DNA from: a virus
Reading direction: 5' to 3' (one strand)
Length of the DNA stretch: 64,000 nt
Virus record (IMG/VR): IMGVR_UViG_3300028392_000036
Coordinates: 64,001-128,000 of that record
A model generated the notes under the pieces. It did no database searches. It saw only the letters and a list, made by a program, of their open reading frames with translations, and was not told where the DNA came from. This document shows positions 9,597 through 17,953 of the stretch, one piece after another (the first letter of the stretch is position 1; each line of letters opens with the position of its first letter). The translations under genes were made by a program, and so were the position numbers.

Positions 9597-10601
9597 GTGA
9601 AACAATTATTTGCAATCTTACTAGCGTCAATATCAATCTCAGCATCAGCACAGACTATAACAGGTGCTGGCGCAACATTCCCATACCCCATCTATAGCAA
9701 GTGGTCAGAACTTTACAACAAAGAAACTGGCGTAGCACTCAATTACCAATCAATTGGTTCCAGTGGCGGCATTCGTCAAATTGATGCCAAAACAGTGACC
9801 TTTGGTGCAACTGATGCACCTGTAGCCGGGGACAAACTAGACAAAAATAGTCAAGTACAGTTTCCCGCTATCATTGGCGGAACAGTTCCTATTGTTAACT
9901 TGGATGGCTTCAAGCCCGGAGAACTACGTATTACAGGTCCTGTAATGGCAGAAGTGTTCTTGGGTGAAATCTCCAAATGGAATGATCCAAAGTTGGCGGC
10001 ACTTAACCCAGGTAAAAAATTACCTGACTTAGAAATTACTATTGTGCATCGTGCAGATGGTTCGGGTACTACATTTAACTGGACAGATTATTTGTCATCT
10101 ACCAGCGCCAAGTGGGCCGACAAGGTTGGCAAAGGTGCCGCAGTCAAGTGGCCAGCCGCAAGTTCAGTAGGTGGCAAGGGCAACGAAGGTGTTGCCGCTA
10201 ATGTACATCGTGTTAAAGGCTCCATTGGCTATGTTGAATATGCTTATGTTAAAAAGAACAATTTGACTTTCTTGCAATTACAAAACAAGTCAGGCAAATA
10301 TGTCAGCCCAGATGATCTAACATTTGCTGCCGCGGCAGCCGGTGCTGATTGGTTCTCAGTTCCTGGTATGGGTGTGAGCATTGTAGATCAGCGTGGTGAT
10401 ACAGTATGGCCTGTAAGCACAGCCAGTTTCATCATCATGTACAAAGACCCCACAGACAAGAAAGCCAGCCAAGACACATTGAAGTTCTTTGATTGGGCAT
10501 TCAAGAACGGTAAGAAAGCCGCAGAGGAATTAGACTATGTGGCATTACCAGACATTCTAACAAAACAAATTCGCGAGCGTGTGTGGAGTCAGATCAAGTA
10601 A
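9597..10601 (+). CDS. pstS: Phosphate ABC transporter substrate-binding protein PstS
   Basis: Signal peptide, GAGATFPYP, YQSIGSSGG, FGATD, HRADGSGTT, GKGNEGVA and IGYVEYAY. Confidence 0.97.
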   Translation: MKQLFAILLASISISASAQTITGAGATFPYPIYSKWSELYNKETGVALNYQSIGSSGGIRQIDAKTVTFGATDAPVAGDKLDKNSQVQFPAIIGGTVPIVNLDGFKPGELRITGPVMAEVFLGEISKWNDPKLAALNPGKKLPDLEITIVHRADGSGTTFNWTDYLSSTSAKWADKVGKGAAVKWPAASSVGGKGNEGVAANVHRVKGSIGYVEYAYVKKNNLTFLQLQNKSGKYVSPDDLTFAAAAAGADWFSVPGMGVSIVDQRGDTVWPVSTASFIIMYKDPTDKKASQDTLKFFDWAFKNGKKAAEELDYVALPDILTKQIRERVWSQIK

Positions 10602-10649
10602 TTAAACCGACCACAACGATAGAGTGGCGCTGGAACTCGTAACCAGCAG

Positions 10650-10677
10650 ATACCCCAAATTTTTGGGGTATTTTTTT
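10650..10677 (+). terminator. Rho-independent terminator after pstS
   Basis: ATACCCCAA/TTGGGGTAT stem followed by a T-tract. Confidence 0.8.
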
Positions 10678-10717
10678 GTCCGTGTTTAATGATTTGATCG
10701 CAGAGTTAAATATCTAT

Positions 10718-10882
10718 ATGAGTTGGTTTAAGCGAATTCCACACAGATACCCTCCACAAACGCCTGCCTCTGCACCACATAGAACTAGCCCTGCCACTGA
10801 TCGAGCACTAGAAGAGTCTAAATTGCTGGGTCCAAAATCCCGTAAAAAAACTGTCAAAAAGCCCCCACTAAATACTGAATGA
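10718..10882 (+). CDS. Small basic hypothetical protein
   Basis: ATG 5 nt after TAAATA; stop overlaps the next start (ATGA). Confidence 0.5.
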   Translation: MSWFKRIPHRYPPQTPASAPHRTSPATDRALEESKLLGPKSRKKTVKKPPLNTE

Positions 10883-11541
10883 AACCCACCATAGCCCTAT
10901 TTTTGCACGACCCCAAATGTAGTGTACAAAGTGGCAATGGGCTCATGCGAGCCCTAGGCGATCATTACAAGTTCAAAATATTTGGTAAAAACAAACTAGA
11001 AGATGTGTTCTTTGACGACGTAGACATGATTGCTGTACCCGGTGGCTTTGGCGATGCTGATTCATTTGACGGACTGTTCAAACACAATGCTGAACGTGTG
11101 CAACAATTTCTAGAACGTGGCGGTCGATACTTGGGTATTTGCATGGGTGCATACTGGGCCGGCAGCGAATATCTCAACATCTTGGATGGTGTGGATGCTG
11201 TGCAGTATATCCGTCGCCCTGGCACAGACACACATAGACCACATGCTAAAAACCTGCCTGTGTTGTGGCAAGATCGTTGGGGCAATATTGAGCCCTGGAA
11301 AATGTTCTTTTACGATGGCTGTGCATTGGTAGGGGACAAAACCAAGTTTCGAACCATGGCCACATATATGAATGGAGACGCCATGGCAATTATACAAAAC
11401 AATATTGGACTGATAGGTTGTCATCCTGAAAGCGAGCAGTTCTGGTATGACAGTTACTCCTGGATGCGGGGTCGATATCATAGAGGTCAACATCATACAT
11501 TGTTGTTAGACTTTGTGGATCAAATGTTTGTAACAAAATAG
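10879..11541 (+). CDS. Class I glutamine amidotransferase-like protein (BPL_N type)
   Basis: VPGG, GGRYLGICMGAY nucleophile elbow and HPE. Confidence 0.75.
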   Translation: MKPTIALFLHDPKCSVQSGNGLMRALGDHYKFKIFGKNKLEDVFFDDVDMIAVPGGFGDADSFDGLFKHNAERVQQFLERGGRYLGICMGAYWAGSEYLNILDGVDAVQYIRRPGTDTHRPHAKNLPVLWQDRWGNIEPWKMFFYDGCALVGDKTKFRTMATYMNGDAMAIIQNNIGLIGCHPESEQFWYDSYSWMRGRYHRGQHHTLLLDFVDQMFVTK

Positions 11542-11562
11542 TAACACAGATCCGCCTAAATA
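11528..11562 (+). promoter_or_regulatory. Pho-box-like direct repeat plus TAAATA upstream of plcP-agt
   Basis: TTGTAACAAAA-TAGTAACACAG...GCCTAAATA, same spacing as the pstS copy; ATG 4 nt later. Confidence 0.75.
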
Positions 11563-11566
11563 TTAG

Positions 11567-12361
11567 ATGCAGAAAACGTATCGCAGTATTTTTATCAGTG
11601 ATGTACACCTGGGCACAAGAGACTGCAAGGCAGAAGAACTAAACAATTTCCTAAAGCACAACTCCTGCAATACTTTATATCTTGTGGGGGACATTATTGA
11701 TGCTTGGAAAATGCAACAAAACAAATTGCGATGGAAACAAAGTCATACCAACGTTGTCCGTAGGGTTCTTGGTCACGCTAAACGTGGCACTAGGGTTGTA
11801 TACGTGGCTGGAAATCATGACGAATTCCTGCGTCCGATGATACCGTATGCTGCCACATTTGGTACTGTGGAAATATGTAATCAATGCGAACATGTGGGTG
11901 CAGACGGCAAACATTATCTTGTGGTGCATGGCGACCTGTTTGATGGTATCACCCGACTGGCACCATGGTTGAGTTTTTTGGGAGACAAAGCATATGATTT
12001 TATCCTGGGGCTTAATAGTAGATTTAATTGGATCCGCCATCGTATGGGTTTTGGTTATTGGAGTCTTAGCCAGTTTCTTAAGCATAGGGTCAAAAAAGCC
12101 ATTGACTTCATGTTTCACTTTGAAAGAAACCTTGCGGCCTACTGCAAAAAAAGAGGATTTGATGGCGTGGTCTGCGGTCACATACACCACGCAGAAATAA
12201 AAGAAATAAACGGTGTAGTATATATGAATGACGGCGACTGGGTTGAAAGTTGTACTGCACTTGTAGAACATCATGACGGGCGTTGGGAAATCGTAACATG
12301 GACACAAAAAAATGACCAAGAAGATATTGATAATAACAGACAACTTGCCGGATCAAATTAA
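11567..12361 (+). CDS. plcP: PlcP-type phospholipase C (LpxH-like metallophosphoesterase)
   Basis: SDVHLG, LVGDIID.W, GNHDEFLR (His, not the Arg of LpxH GNRD), HGDLFD, YWSLS, CGHIHHAE and NDGDWVESCTALVE; followed by a GT4 gene. Confidence 0.82.
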   Translation: MQKTYRSIFISDVHLGTRDCKAEELNNFLKHNSCNTLYLVGDIIDAWKMQQNKLRWKQSHTNVVRRVLGHAKRGTRVVYVAGNHDEFLRPMIPYAATFGTVEICNQCEHVGADGKHYLVVHGDLFDGITRLAPWLSFLGDKAYDFILGLNSRFNWIRHRMGFGYWSLSQFLKHRVKKAIDFMFHFERNLAAYCKKRGFDGVVCGHIHHAEIKEINGVVYMNDGDWVESCTALVEHHDGRWEIVTWTQKNDQEDIDNNRQLAGSN

Positions 12362-13325
12362 TGGCGTGGTTACCACTTACAAGAACATTGAGGCTTGTGC
12401 GGTACTGGATGGTTATCATGTTGATTATATTGATCCCGGGCGGTTCCGCTACATTAATTGCCCTCGCTACCACGAAGTCAAGATTGCCTATCCCCGGAAT
12501 CTGGGCGCGAAGATTGAGGAGATTGCTCCGGATTATATCCACATCGCCACCGAGGGTCCTCTTGGTTTGTGGGCTCGAGCATATCTTTCACTGGGCAATA
12601 TTCGTCACAATACCGCTTATCATACTAAGTTTCCAGAGGGACTTAAGAAACTATTTGGGATTCCTGAATTCGTAACCTGGCGGTTTGTACGCTGGTTTCA
12701 CAAACACTCAGGCAAGGTACTAACCACGACAGATTCAATGGTTCGAGAATTGCAAGCACATGGATTCAATGGCGAAGTGATTCCGTGGACACGTGGTGTT
12801 GACCGTGAGATATTCCACCCTGGCTATCGTGATCGAGAAGATGACCACAAAATATTATTATGCGTTGCCCGTGTGAGTAAAGAAAAGAACTTGGAAGACT
12901 TTTTTGAATTACAATATCCCAAGAGTCGCAAAATCATGGTAGGTGATGGCCCTATGCTAGAGAAATATCGAAAGCAGTATCCTGATGTGGAGTTTGTAGG
13001 ATTTAAGACAGGCACAGAACTAGCAGAATATTATGCCAATGCTGATGTGTTTGTGTTTCCAAGTCAGTGGGAAACATTTGGCATTGTGATGATTGAAGCC
13101 ATGGCCTGTGGTACCCCTGTAGCCGCATATCCATGCCAAGGTCCCGAAGATGTTGTGGAACCAGGTGTGACTGGTTATTTAGAACAAGATCTAGCCACTG
13201 CGGTGCATCGTTGTATCGGGCTCAACAGGGACCAAGTATTAGAGGGCAGCCAACGCTGGAGTTGGGAACGAGCCTGGCACATATTCCGAGACAATCTCAC
13301 TCCCAACCACTTGTGGACCAAATAA
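12312..13325 (+). CDS. GT4 glycosyltransferase, Agt-like glycolipid synthase
   Basis: ILIITD...QINGVVTT, HIATEGPLG, TAYHTKFPE, WTRGVD, RVSKEKNLE and FPSQWETFGIVMIEAMACGTPVAAYP; overlaps plcP. Confidence 0.82.
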   Translation: MTKKILIITDNLPDQINGVVTTYKNIEACAVLDGYHVDYIDPGRFRYINCPRYHEVKIAYPRNLGAKIEEIAPDYIHIATEGPLGLWARAYLSLGNIRHNTAYHTKFPEGLKKLFGIPEFVTWRFVRWFHKHSGKVLTTTDSMVRELQAHGFNGEVIPWTRGVDREIFHPGYRDREDDHKILLCVARVSKEKNLEDFFELQYPKSRKIMVGDGPMLEKYRKQYPDVEFVGFKTGTELAEYYANADVFVFPSQWETFGIVMIEAMACGTPVAAYPCQGPEDVVEPGVTGYLEQDLATAVHRCIGLNRDQVLEGSQRWSWERAWHIFRDNLTPNHLWTK

Positions 13326-13343
13326 ATTAATCAAAGGAAAAAC

Positions 13344-13952
13344 ATGAAAGAAATACTACAAACACTTCGCGAGCAACGTTGGGACGATCATCGTTACTAT
13401 CATCACAGTAGAATCAATCAATTTTTACACTTAATCTCAGCCTTAAGTTTCTTGATTGCCTATGTTTATCTGTTTATTGATCCTGTTGTGAGTGCATGGA
13501 TTGCTTGGTTGATTGCCATGACTACTCGTCAAGCCGGGCACTTTTTCTTTGAACCACACGGCTACGATGAATACAACAAGGCCACATTTGAACACAAAGA
13601 AAAAATCAAAATTGGTTTTAACTTAAAACGCAAACGGGTGTTGCTCACATGCTGGGTCGCAGTGCCTGCCCTGGCGTTCTTTGATGCTGAACTAATGAAT
13701 CTGTTAATACCCAACAACGACCCAATGACATTTGTAAACCGTGTGGGTATGGGATGGTTATGGCTGGGTGCGGCTGGTGTGTTGTTTAGAATGATCCAAT
13801 TGACCGCACTACAGAGCAGACGGGTTGCGTTAGTTTGGTGCTTGAAGATCTTGACTGATCCATTTCACGATGTATGGATCTATCGCAAGAGTCCCATATA
13901 CTTGATGCAAGGACAGTTGATTGACCCTGATTTACGTCAAGATTACTCTTGA
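13344..13952 (+). CDS. Membrane protein, Mpo1/DUF962-like
   Basis: YYHH..N..LH and Q.GHFFFE His motifs with about four TM segments. Confidence 0.55.
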   Translation: MKEILQTLREQRWDDHRYYHHSRINQFLHLISALSFLIAYVYLFIDPVVSAWIAWLIAMTTRQAGHFFFEPHGYDEYNKATFEHKEKIKIGFNLKRKRVLLTCWVAVPALAFFDAELMNLLIPNNDPMTFVNRVGMGWLWLGAAGVLFRMIQLTALQSRRVALVWCLKILTDPFHDVWIYRKSPIYLMQGQLIDPDLRQDYS

Positions 13953-14653
13953 TTGCGAAGTCTAGCAAGTCCTAGTATTCTAAACAGGCTGAGCCACATC
14001 CAGCCTATATCGAATTCCCACCAAGTCTTAGAGAGGCGGGCACTCGCTGGTGCCAGGTGGTGGTTGTTGTGCAGTTCTTCGCCGCCAATAACAATGCCCC
14101 AAGGACTAATATTACGACTACGATCTTTAGTTTCGCCATTTCTATATCCTATCCAATGTCCAATGCCGTTTATGACTCCAGCCGCCCAGAATGGAATCCA
14201 TATCATTTGTATACCCCATATAACCGGACCCCACCAACCAAACACTAGGGTGTTGAGCACAAGGAGAATGCCAATGCCAAGTCTACTGTGAGGCTGGTAT
14301 ATGTGAAGCTCCATCCAATCAGCAGGAGTACCAACACCGTATGCGTCAACCATGACACGATCTTTTGATGCTTCATGATACAGTACCGCTCCTTTAAAGA
14401 AAACTCTCTTGATTCCGTACACGTGAGGTGAGTGCGGATCACCTTCTGCATCACTGAATCTGTGATGCTTGCGGTGTATGGCCACCCATTGCTTGGTTAC
14501 CATGCCTGTGGTCAACCATAACCAGGCTCTCATGAAGTGTTCAAGCACAGGATGAAATTCTATACCTCGGTGTGCTTGGCCACGATGTAGGTACAACGTG
14601 ACACAGATGATAGTAATGTGTGTCATTACCAGTGTTGCGATTAGTTCTGTCAT
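13943..14653 (-). CDS. Membrane fatty acid (delta-9 type) desaturase
   Basis: Three His boxes (HRGQAH, HRKHH, HNNHH), plus DPHSP and WWEFDIGW. Confidence 0.92.
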   Translation of the reverse strand: MTELIATLVMTHITIICVTLYLHRGQAHRGIEFHPVLEHFMRAWLWLTTGMVTKQWVAIHRKHHRFSDAEGDPHSPHVYGIKRVFFKGAVLYHEASKDRVMVDAYGVGTPADWMELHIYQPHSRLGIGILLVLNTLVFGWWGPVIWGIQMIWIPFWAAGVINGIGHWIGYRNGETKDRSRNISPWGIVIGGEELHNNHHLAPASARLSKTWWEFDIGWMWLSLFRILGLARLRNQE

Positions 14654-14712
14654 AGTTTATTTACTCATATGTAGGTGCTTTTATTTTAAGCGATTGTTTT
14701 TAAATATATGCT

Positions 14713-14853
14713 ATGAGTAGTATTTTTGAAGAAATAAACGATCTAATGACAGAGAATTCAATTAGCAAAGTATTGGGTATCACTTTGTTGATCCTTGTAT
14801 TTTCTGGAGCAGTTGCTCTTGGGTTTGCCTATTGGATAACCCACAGGCATTGA
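14713..14853 (+). CDS. 46-aa single-TM protein (not in ORF track)
   Basis: MSSIFEE...ITLLILVFSGAVALGFAYW; TAAATA at 14701. Confidence 0.5.
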   Translation: MSSIFEEINDLMTENSISKVLGITLLILVFSGAVALGFAYWITHRH

Positions 14854-14854
14854 G

Positions 14855-15631
14855 TTATCTTCCTAAATATTTTTTAGGTTCGGCTTCTAGTTGGCGTTGA
14901 CGTTCAGACTTTGGAACCCAATCAGTACCCAGTTGAGGATACTTTTTGATTCTATCTTGTATCACAAAAGCCATCATTAGCCCAATCGACAATGCAATAA
15001 CAATACCCATCACTCCCCATATGGCATTGGCCCAAATAGCATCCATACGTCGACGTCTCCTAACAGCACGAATGTGATCTTGTCGCATTTGTTTAGCAAT
15101 AAGAATCTTTTGTTGCTTGCCCATGACCAGCATCATGTCTTCTACTTCAGTATGCAATGCACCCAGTTCAGGAGGTGATTGGTACACCATTATCTCACGC
15201 AATTCTGTGCCCATCTGTTCCAGTTGCTTACGCATCAGCACACGTTGTAAGGCACGTTTACCTAGACTAGCATCACCTTCGTATATCTCGTGCTGACTAT
15301 GTTTTTCTTCTTCTTCAAAGATGGCCATACACTTGTAGTAGTTGTCGTAGTAGGTACCCAGATGCTCGCCGAGTTCAGTGTAGATGCCTGTGGTTTCGCC
15401 GTCACGTTTGTTTAGTTCAATGATGCGATTTTTTTCTTTTACAAATTGATTACGTGCTTCTAAACTGGCTGGTTTTTCTGGAGGATGCAACTTGGCAAAC
15501 TGTTCGTCGAGATCCTTGAGAACGTCCTTGACTTCGCCTGCCGCACCTTTGATATCTTTGTAGAGTTTACAACCGGCCTTGACAGCAGACACCGCCCCAT
15601 TGGCCAAGGCAAAGAGGGTTATGGGATCCAT
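14855..15631 (-). CDS. Hypothetical coiled-coil protein with C-terminal TM helix
   Basis: 258-aa ORF with MDPITLFALA-type N-terminus and a hydrophobic segment near the C-terminus. Confidence 0.7.
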   Translation of the reverse strand: MDPITLFALANGAVSAVKAGCKLYKDIKGAAGEVKDVLKDLDEQFAKLHPPEKPASLEARNQFVKEKNRIIELNKRDGETTGIYTELGEHLGTYYDNYYKCMAIFEEEEKHSQHEIYEGDASLGKRALQRVLMRKQLEQMGTELREIMVYQSPPELGALHTEVEDMMLVMGKQQKILIAKQMRQDHIRAVRRRRRMDAIWANAIWGVMGIVIALSIGLMMAFVIQDRIKKYPQLGTDWVPKSERQRQLEAEPKKYLGR

Positions 15632-15882
15632 TACTTGCCATCCTTCTTAACCGTACGCCATTCGACACAGATCACAGTTCTATTGTTGACGTCGCCGATC
15701 CAGGCAGTTCTGACACATTCAGCTGTGCCTGTTGCTAGTTGTACTTGTTTAGGCGTGAATTCACGGGCAACACTGGGCCGATCGCCACCGTACATGGGCG
15801 AACTTGAAACCATCGCAGAACCGCACAGTATTAGCAATAATACTAGGATTACAGTTCTGTAGATGGCTCCATATTTTTTCAT
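15631..15882 (-). CDS. Small exported/membrane protein
   Basis: Hydrophobic N-terminus, SD GGAG, and stop/start overlap with the next gene. Confidence 0.55.
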   Translation of the reverse strand: MKKYGAIYRTVILVLLLILCGSAMVSSSPMYGGDRPSVAREFTPKQVQLATGTAECVRTAWIGDVNNRTVICVEWRTVKKDGK

Positions 15883-15951
15883 CGTACTCCGTGTCCTTGT
15901 TATTCAGGACTTAGAGTATTTACAGGATCCTTGCGCTAGATTAAACTGGGT

Positions 15952-16497
15952 TTAAAACAATGTGGGAATCCAGAGCCAGATGGCCTGACTCATCAGCAAC
16001 ATTGCAATACCGCCTACATATAAACTGGCGGTGTACAGTCGATTGTTCACTGCCAATATACTAGCCGATAATAGCACAATGGCAATCTGGAATAGACTTC
16101 CAGCAAACGTGTACCAAGGGCTACGTTGTTTTGCCACAGCACGATCTGCTTCTAAACCACGTGCCTTGGCCATGAGTTCTTTCTTGCCCTCACCTGTAGC
16201 AGGATCCGATTCATAACGTGCAATCTTCTTGCTGAGTGCGGCAACCTTGTTCACATCCTTGCGAGCCATGGCATCATCTAAGGCCATCTCGGCCAAGGTG
16301 CCTTTGATTGATTTGGCTTGATAAAATGCCCAAGTATTATTGGCCTCAATGGTGTCGTTTAGTATTCGGCCTGAGTTGCCGTTGCCCATATATGTGTTGA
16401 TAGCCAAGAATGCGGCAAATACAACGATTACCCATCCTGCTTTGTCTTTGATTAGTGCTTCACGCTCTGAGCGTGATAATTGTTTTTGTTCTGCCAT
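15952..16497 (-). CDS. DUF4337-like membrane protein
   Basis: WAFYQAKSIK and FQIAIVLLSASIL motifs, three TM segments. Confidence 0.7.
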   Translation of the reverse strand: MAEQKQLSRSEREALIKDKAGWVIVVFAAFLAINTYMGNGNSGRILNDTIEANNTWAFYQAKSIKGTLAEMALDDAMARKDVNKVAALSKKIARYESDPATGEGKKELMAKARGLEADRAVAKQRSPWYTFAGSLFQIAIVLLSASILAVNNRLYTASLYVGGIAMLLMSQAIWLWIPTLF

Positions 16498-16531
16498 GTT
16501 TAGCTCCTTTGTGTATTATTTATTGGTCAAT

Positions 16532-16553
16532 AAAAAAGCCCCTTGCGGGGCTT
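16532..16553 (-). terminator. Rho-independent terminator
   Basis: AAGCCCC-GCAA-GGGGCTTTTTT on the minus strand. Confidence 0.8.
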
Positions 16554-16555
16554 GA

Positions 16556-16804
16556 TTAGTTTGCTGGGGTCTTCCGTGCTCGGGGCTTTCGGGCTGCCAC
16601 TGCTGGTTTAACAGCAGGTGGTGCCTTGGGCTTGGCCGGTGCTTTTTTAGCAGGAGTAGTTGCTACTGCTGGAGCAGGTTCCGGGGCAATTTCACTTGCC
16701 TTGGGAAACGGCCAATCACTAGCAGGTGCCTCAACTTTGTAAGGCGCCTCAGGTGCCGGTGCGGCAGGCTTGCCGAGAAAGAATTCCTTGATTTTGTTTA
16801 ACAT
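16556..16804 (-). CDS. Ala/Pro/Lys-rich small protein
   Basis: TAAATA and AGGAG upstream; low-complexity basic tail. Confidence 0.7.
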   Translation of the reverse strand: MLNKIKEFFLGKPAAPAPEAPYKVEAPASDWPFPKASEIAPEPAPAVATTPAKKAPAKPKAPPAVKPAVAARKPRARKTPAN

Positions 16805-16824
16805 AACGATCTCCTATAGAGTAT

Positions 16825-17445
16825 TTAACCCTGATCGGTGTTGCCCAAACGCTTCTTCATGAAGTTCAAAAGCAAGCCGTATGCTGGCAAGAACACAACA
16901 AAGCCAACTAAAATCTTCAATAGACTTTGGCTCAGGGCAATCTCGGGCCAGTTAGCGGCCATGTACTCGTCAGCACCACCCGAGAAGGCAATACTGAAGA
17001 ACACATAACTGTCGATGAAGTTGGCAACAACCATGCTGAGTGCAGGAGCCGCCCACCATTGCTGTGTGAACTTTTCGCGAACATATTGGAACACGTATAC
17101 ATCTAACAAGCAACCAATTAGGTATGCTGTGGCTGATCCAAAACCAATACGTAAGGCAACTGATTGTGGTGCGCCTTCTAAGAGAACAACAGCAATACTA
17201 CCAATGATGGCAAGTGGATAGGCAGCCGCAATAGTGGCTCGAGCAATACCTTTACCAATCAATCGTACTGTCAAGTCTGTAGCCAAAATTACCAAGGGAT
17301 AGGTAAATGCGGCCCATGTCAATTTCACACCCATGATCTCAACTGGAATTGAAACTAGAGCATTGCTGATTACGATCACGAAGATATGTAATGCAACCAA
17401 TTTGGCCATCATGACCCGATCTACGCCTTTGAAAATATCAAACAT
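16825..17445 (-). CDS. yhhQ: Queuosine precursor (preQ0/preQ1) transporter, YhhQ/VUT family
   Basis: SNALV, TWAAFTYP...ATDL, RI..GSATAY..G.LLDVYVF, WW.AP..S...N.IDS..FF and LP.YG motifs. Confidence 0.88.
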   Translation of the reverse strand: MFDIFKGVDRVMMAKLVALHIFVIVISNALVSIPVEIMGVKLTWAAFTYPLVILATDLTVRLIGKGIARATIAAAYPLAIIGSIAVVLLEGAPQSVALRIGFGSATAYLIGCLLDVYVFQYVREKFTQQWWAAPALSMVVANFIDSYVFFSIAFSGGADEYMAANWPEIALSQSLLKILVGFVVFLPAYGLLLNFMKKRLGNTDQG

Positions 17446-17534
17446 CTGTGTCTCCTTTGTATGTTGATCTAGTAGTTATGTTTCTAGTGACAGCTCACTA
17501 GAGAAATCGCTTGATTTCTGGTGTTTTTTTCATA

Positions 17535-17600
17535 TATAATACTACATAGGACGCTGGATAGGCCGGGTCCTATAGTAAACTCGCTTTATAGGAGAACCAT
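17535..17600 (+). promoter_or_regulatory. -10 box and structured leader with ROSE-like SD-sequestering hairpin
   Basis: TATAAT at 17535, hairpin at 17546-17573, then CTCGCT-TTAT-AGGAG at 17580-17594. Confidence 0.55.
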
Positions 17601-17876
17601 ATGTTTACAGCAGACGCAATCATCGACACCGTTCAAACCGGTAAAAAAACTTTAGTTAACACATTCGTTACCAACGAAACAGCCAAAGAATCAATGATCA
17701 AGTTCATTGACGCACAAGCAGACTATACCAAACGAGCCGCCAAGGTTGGAATGGACACAGCAACTACATTGACCAGTGAAATGATCAAACAAGTGGAAGC
17801 AGTGGCAAAGTATGACTATGCCAAAGCAGGTCAAGACTTCCTAAAGGCATTCCAGCCCACAACTAGTAAAAAGTAA
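17601..17876 (+). CDS. Small amphipathic helical protein (possibly phasin-like)
   Basis: Strong SD; Ala/Thr/Lys-rich helical composition. The family call is tentative. Confidence 0.55.
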   Translation: MFTADAIIDTVQTGKKTLVNTFVTNETAKESMIKFIDAQADYTKRAAKVGMDTATTLTSEMIKQVEAVAKYDYAKAGQDFLKAFQPTTSKK

Positions 17877-17890
17877 TACCTTAGTATTAC
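17873..17890. promoter_or_regulatory. 18-bp palindromic operator-like site GTAATAC-N4-GTATTAC (copy 1)
   Basis: Perfect inverted 7-mers; recurs at 27423, 41462 and 44960. Confidence 0.6.
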
Positions 17891-17896
17891 CTTTCT

Positions 17897-17924
17897 GAAA
17901 GGCCCCAATTTTTGGGGCTTTCTC
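17897..17924 (+). terminator. Rho-independent terminator
   Basis: GAAAGGCCCCAA/TTGGGGCTTTC stem. Confidence 0.7.
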
Positions 17925-17953
17925 TTGACCAATAAATGTCAAAGTGCTATAAT
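17925..17953 (+). promoter_or_regulatory. sigma70 promoter (predicted leaderless)
   Basis: TTGACC-17bp-TATAAT with extended -10 TG; ATG 6 nt later at 17960. Confidence 0.8.

Noticed and set aside
11675-12343. 222-aa minus-strand ORF and similar shadow ORFs (e.g. 840..1217, 18904..19386, 30372..30767)
   Set aside because: They are antisense to confidently identified genes, with no motifs or start signals.
11567-12361. LpxH lipid A biosynthesis enzyme
   Set aside because: GNHD rather than GNRD, the adjacent Agt-like GT4 and the Pho-box-like repeat all favour PlcP.
17446-17520. preQ1 riboswitch upstream of yhhQ
   Set aside because: Only a simple TCTAGTGA/TCACTAGA hairpin is present; there is no preQ1 aptamer consensus or A-rich pseudoknot tail.
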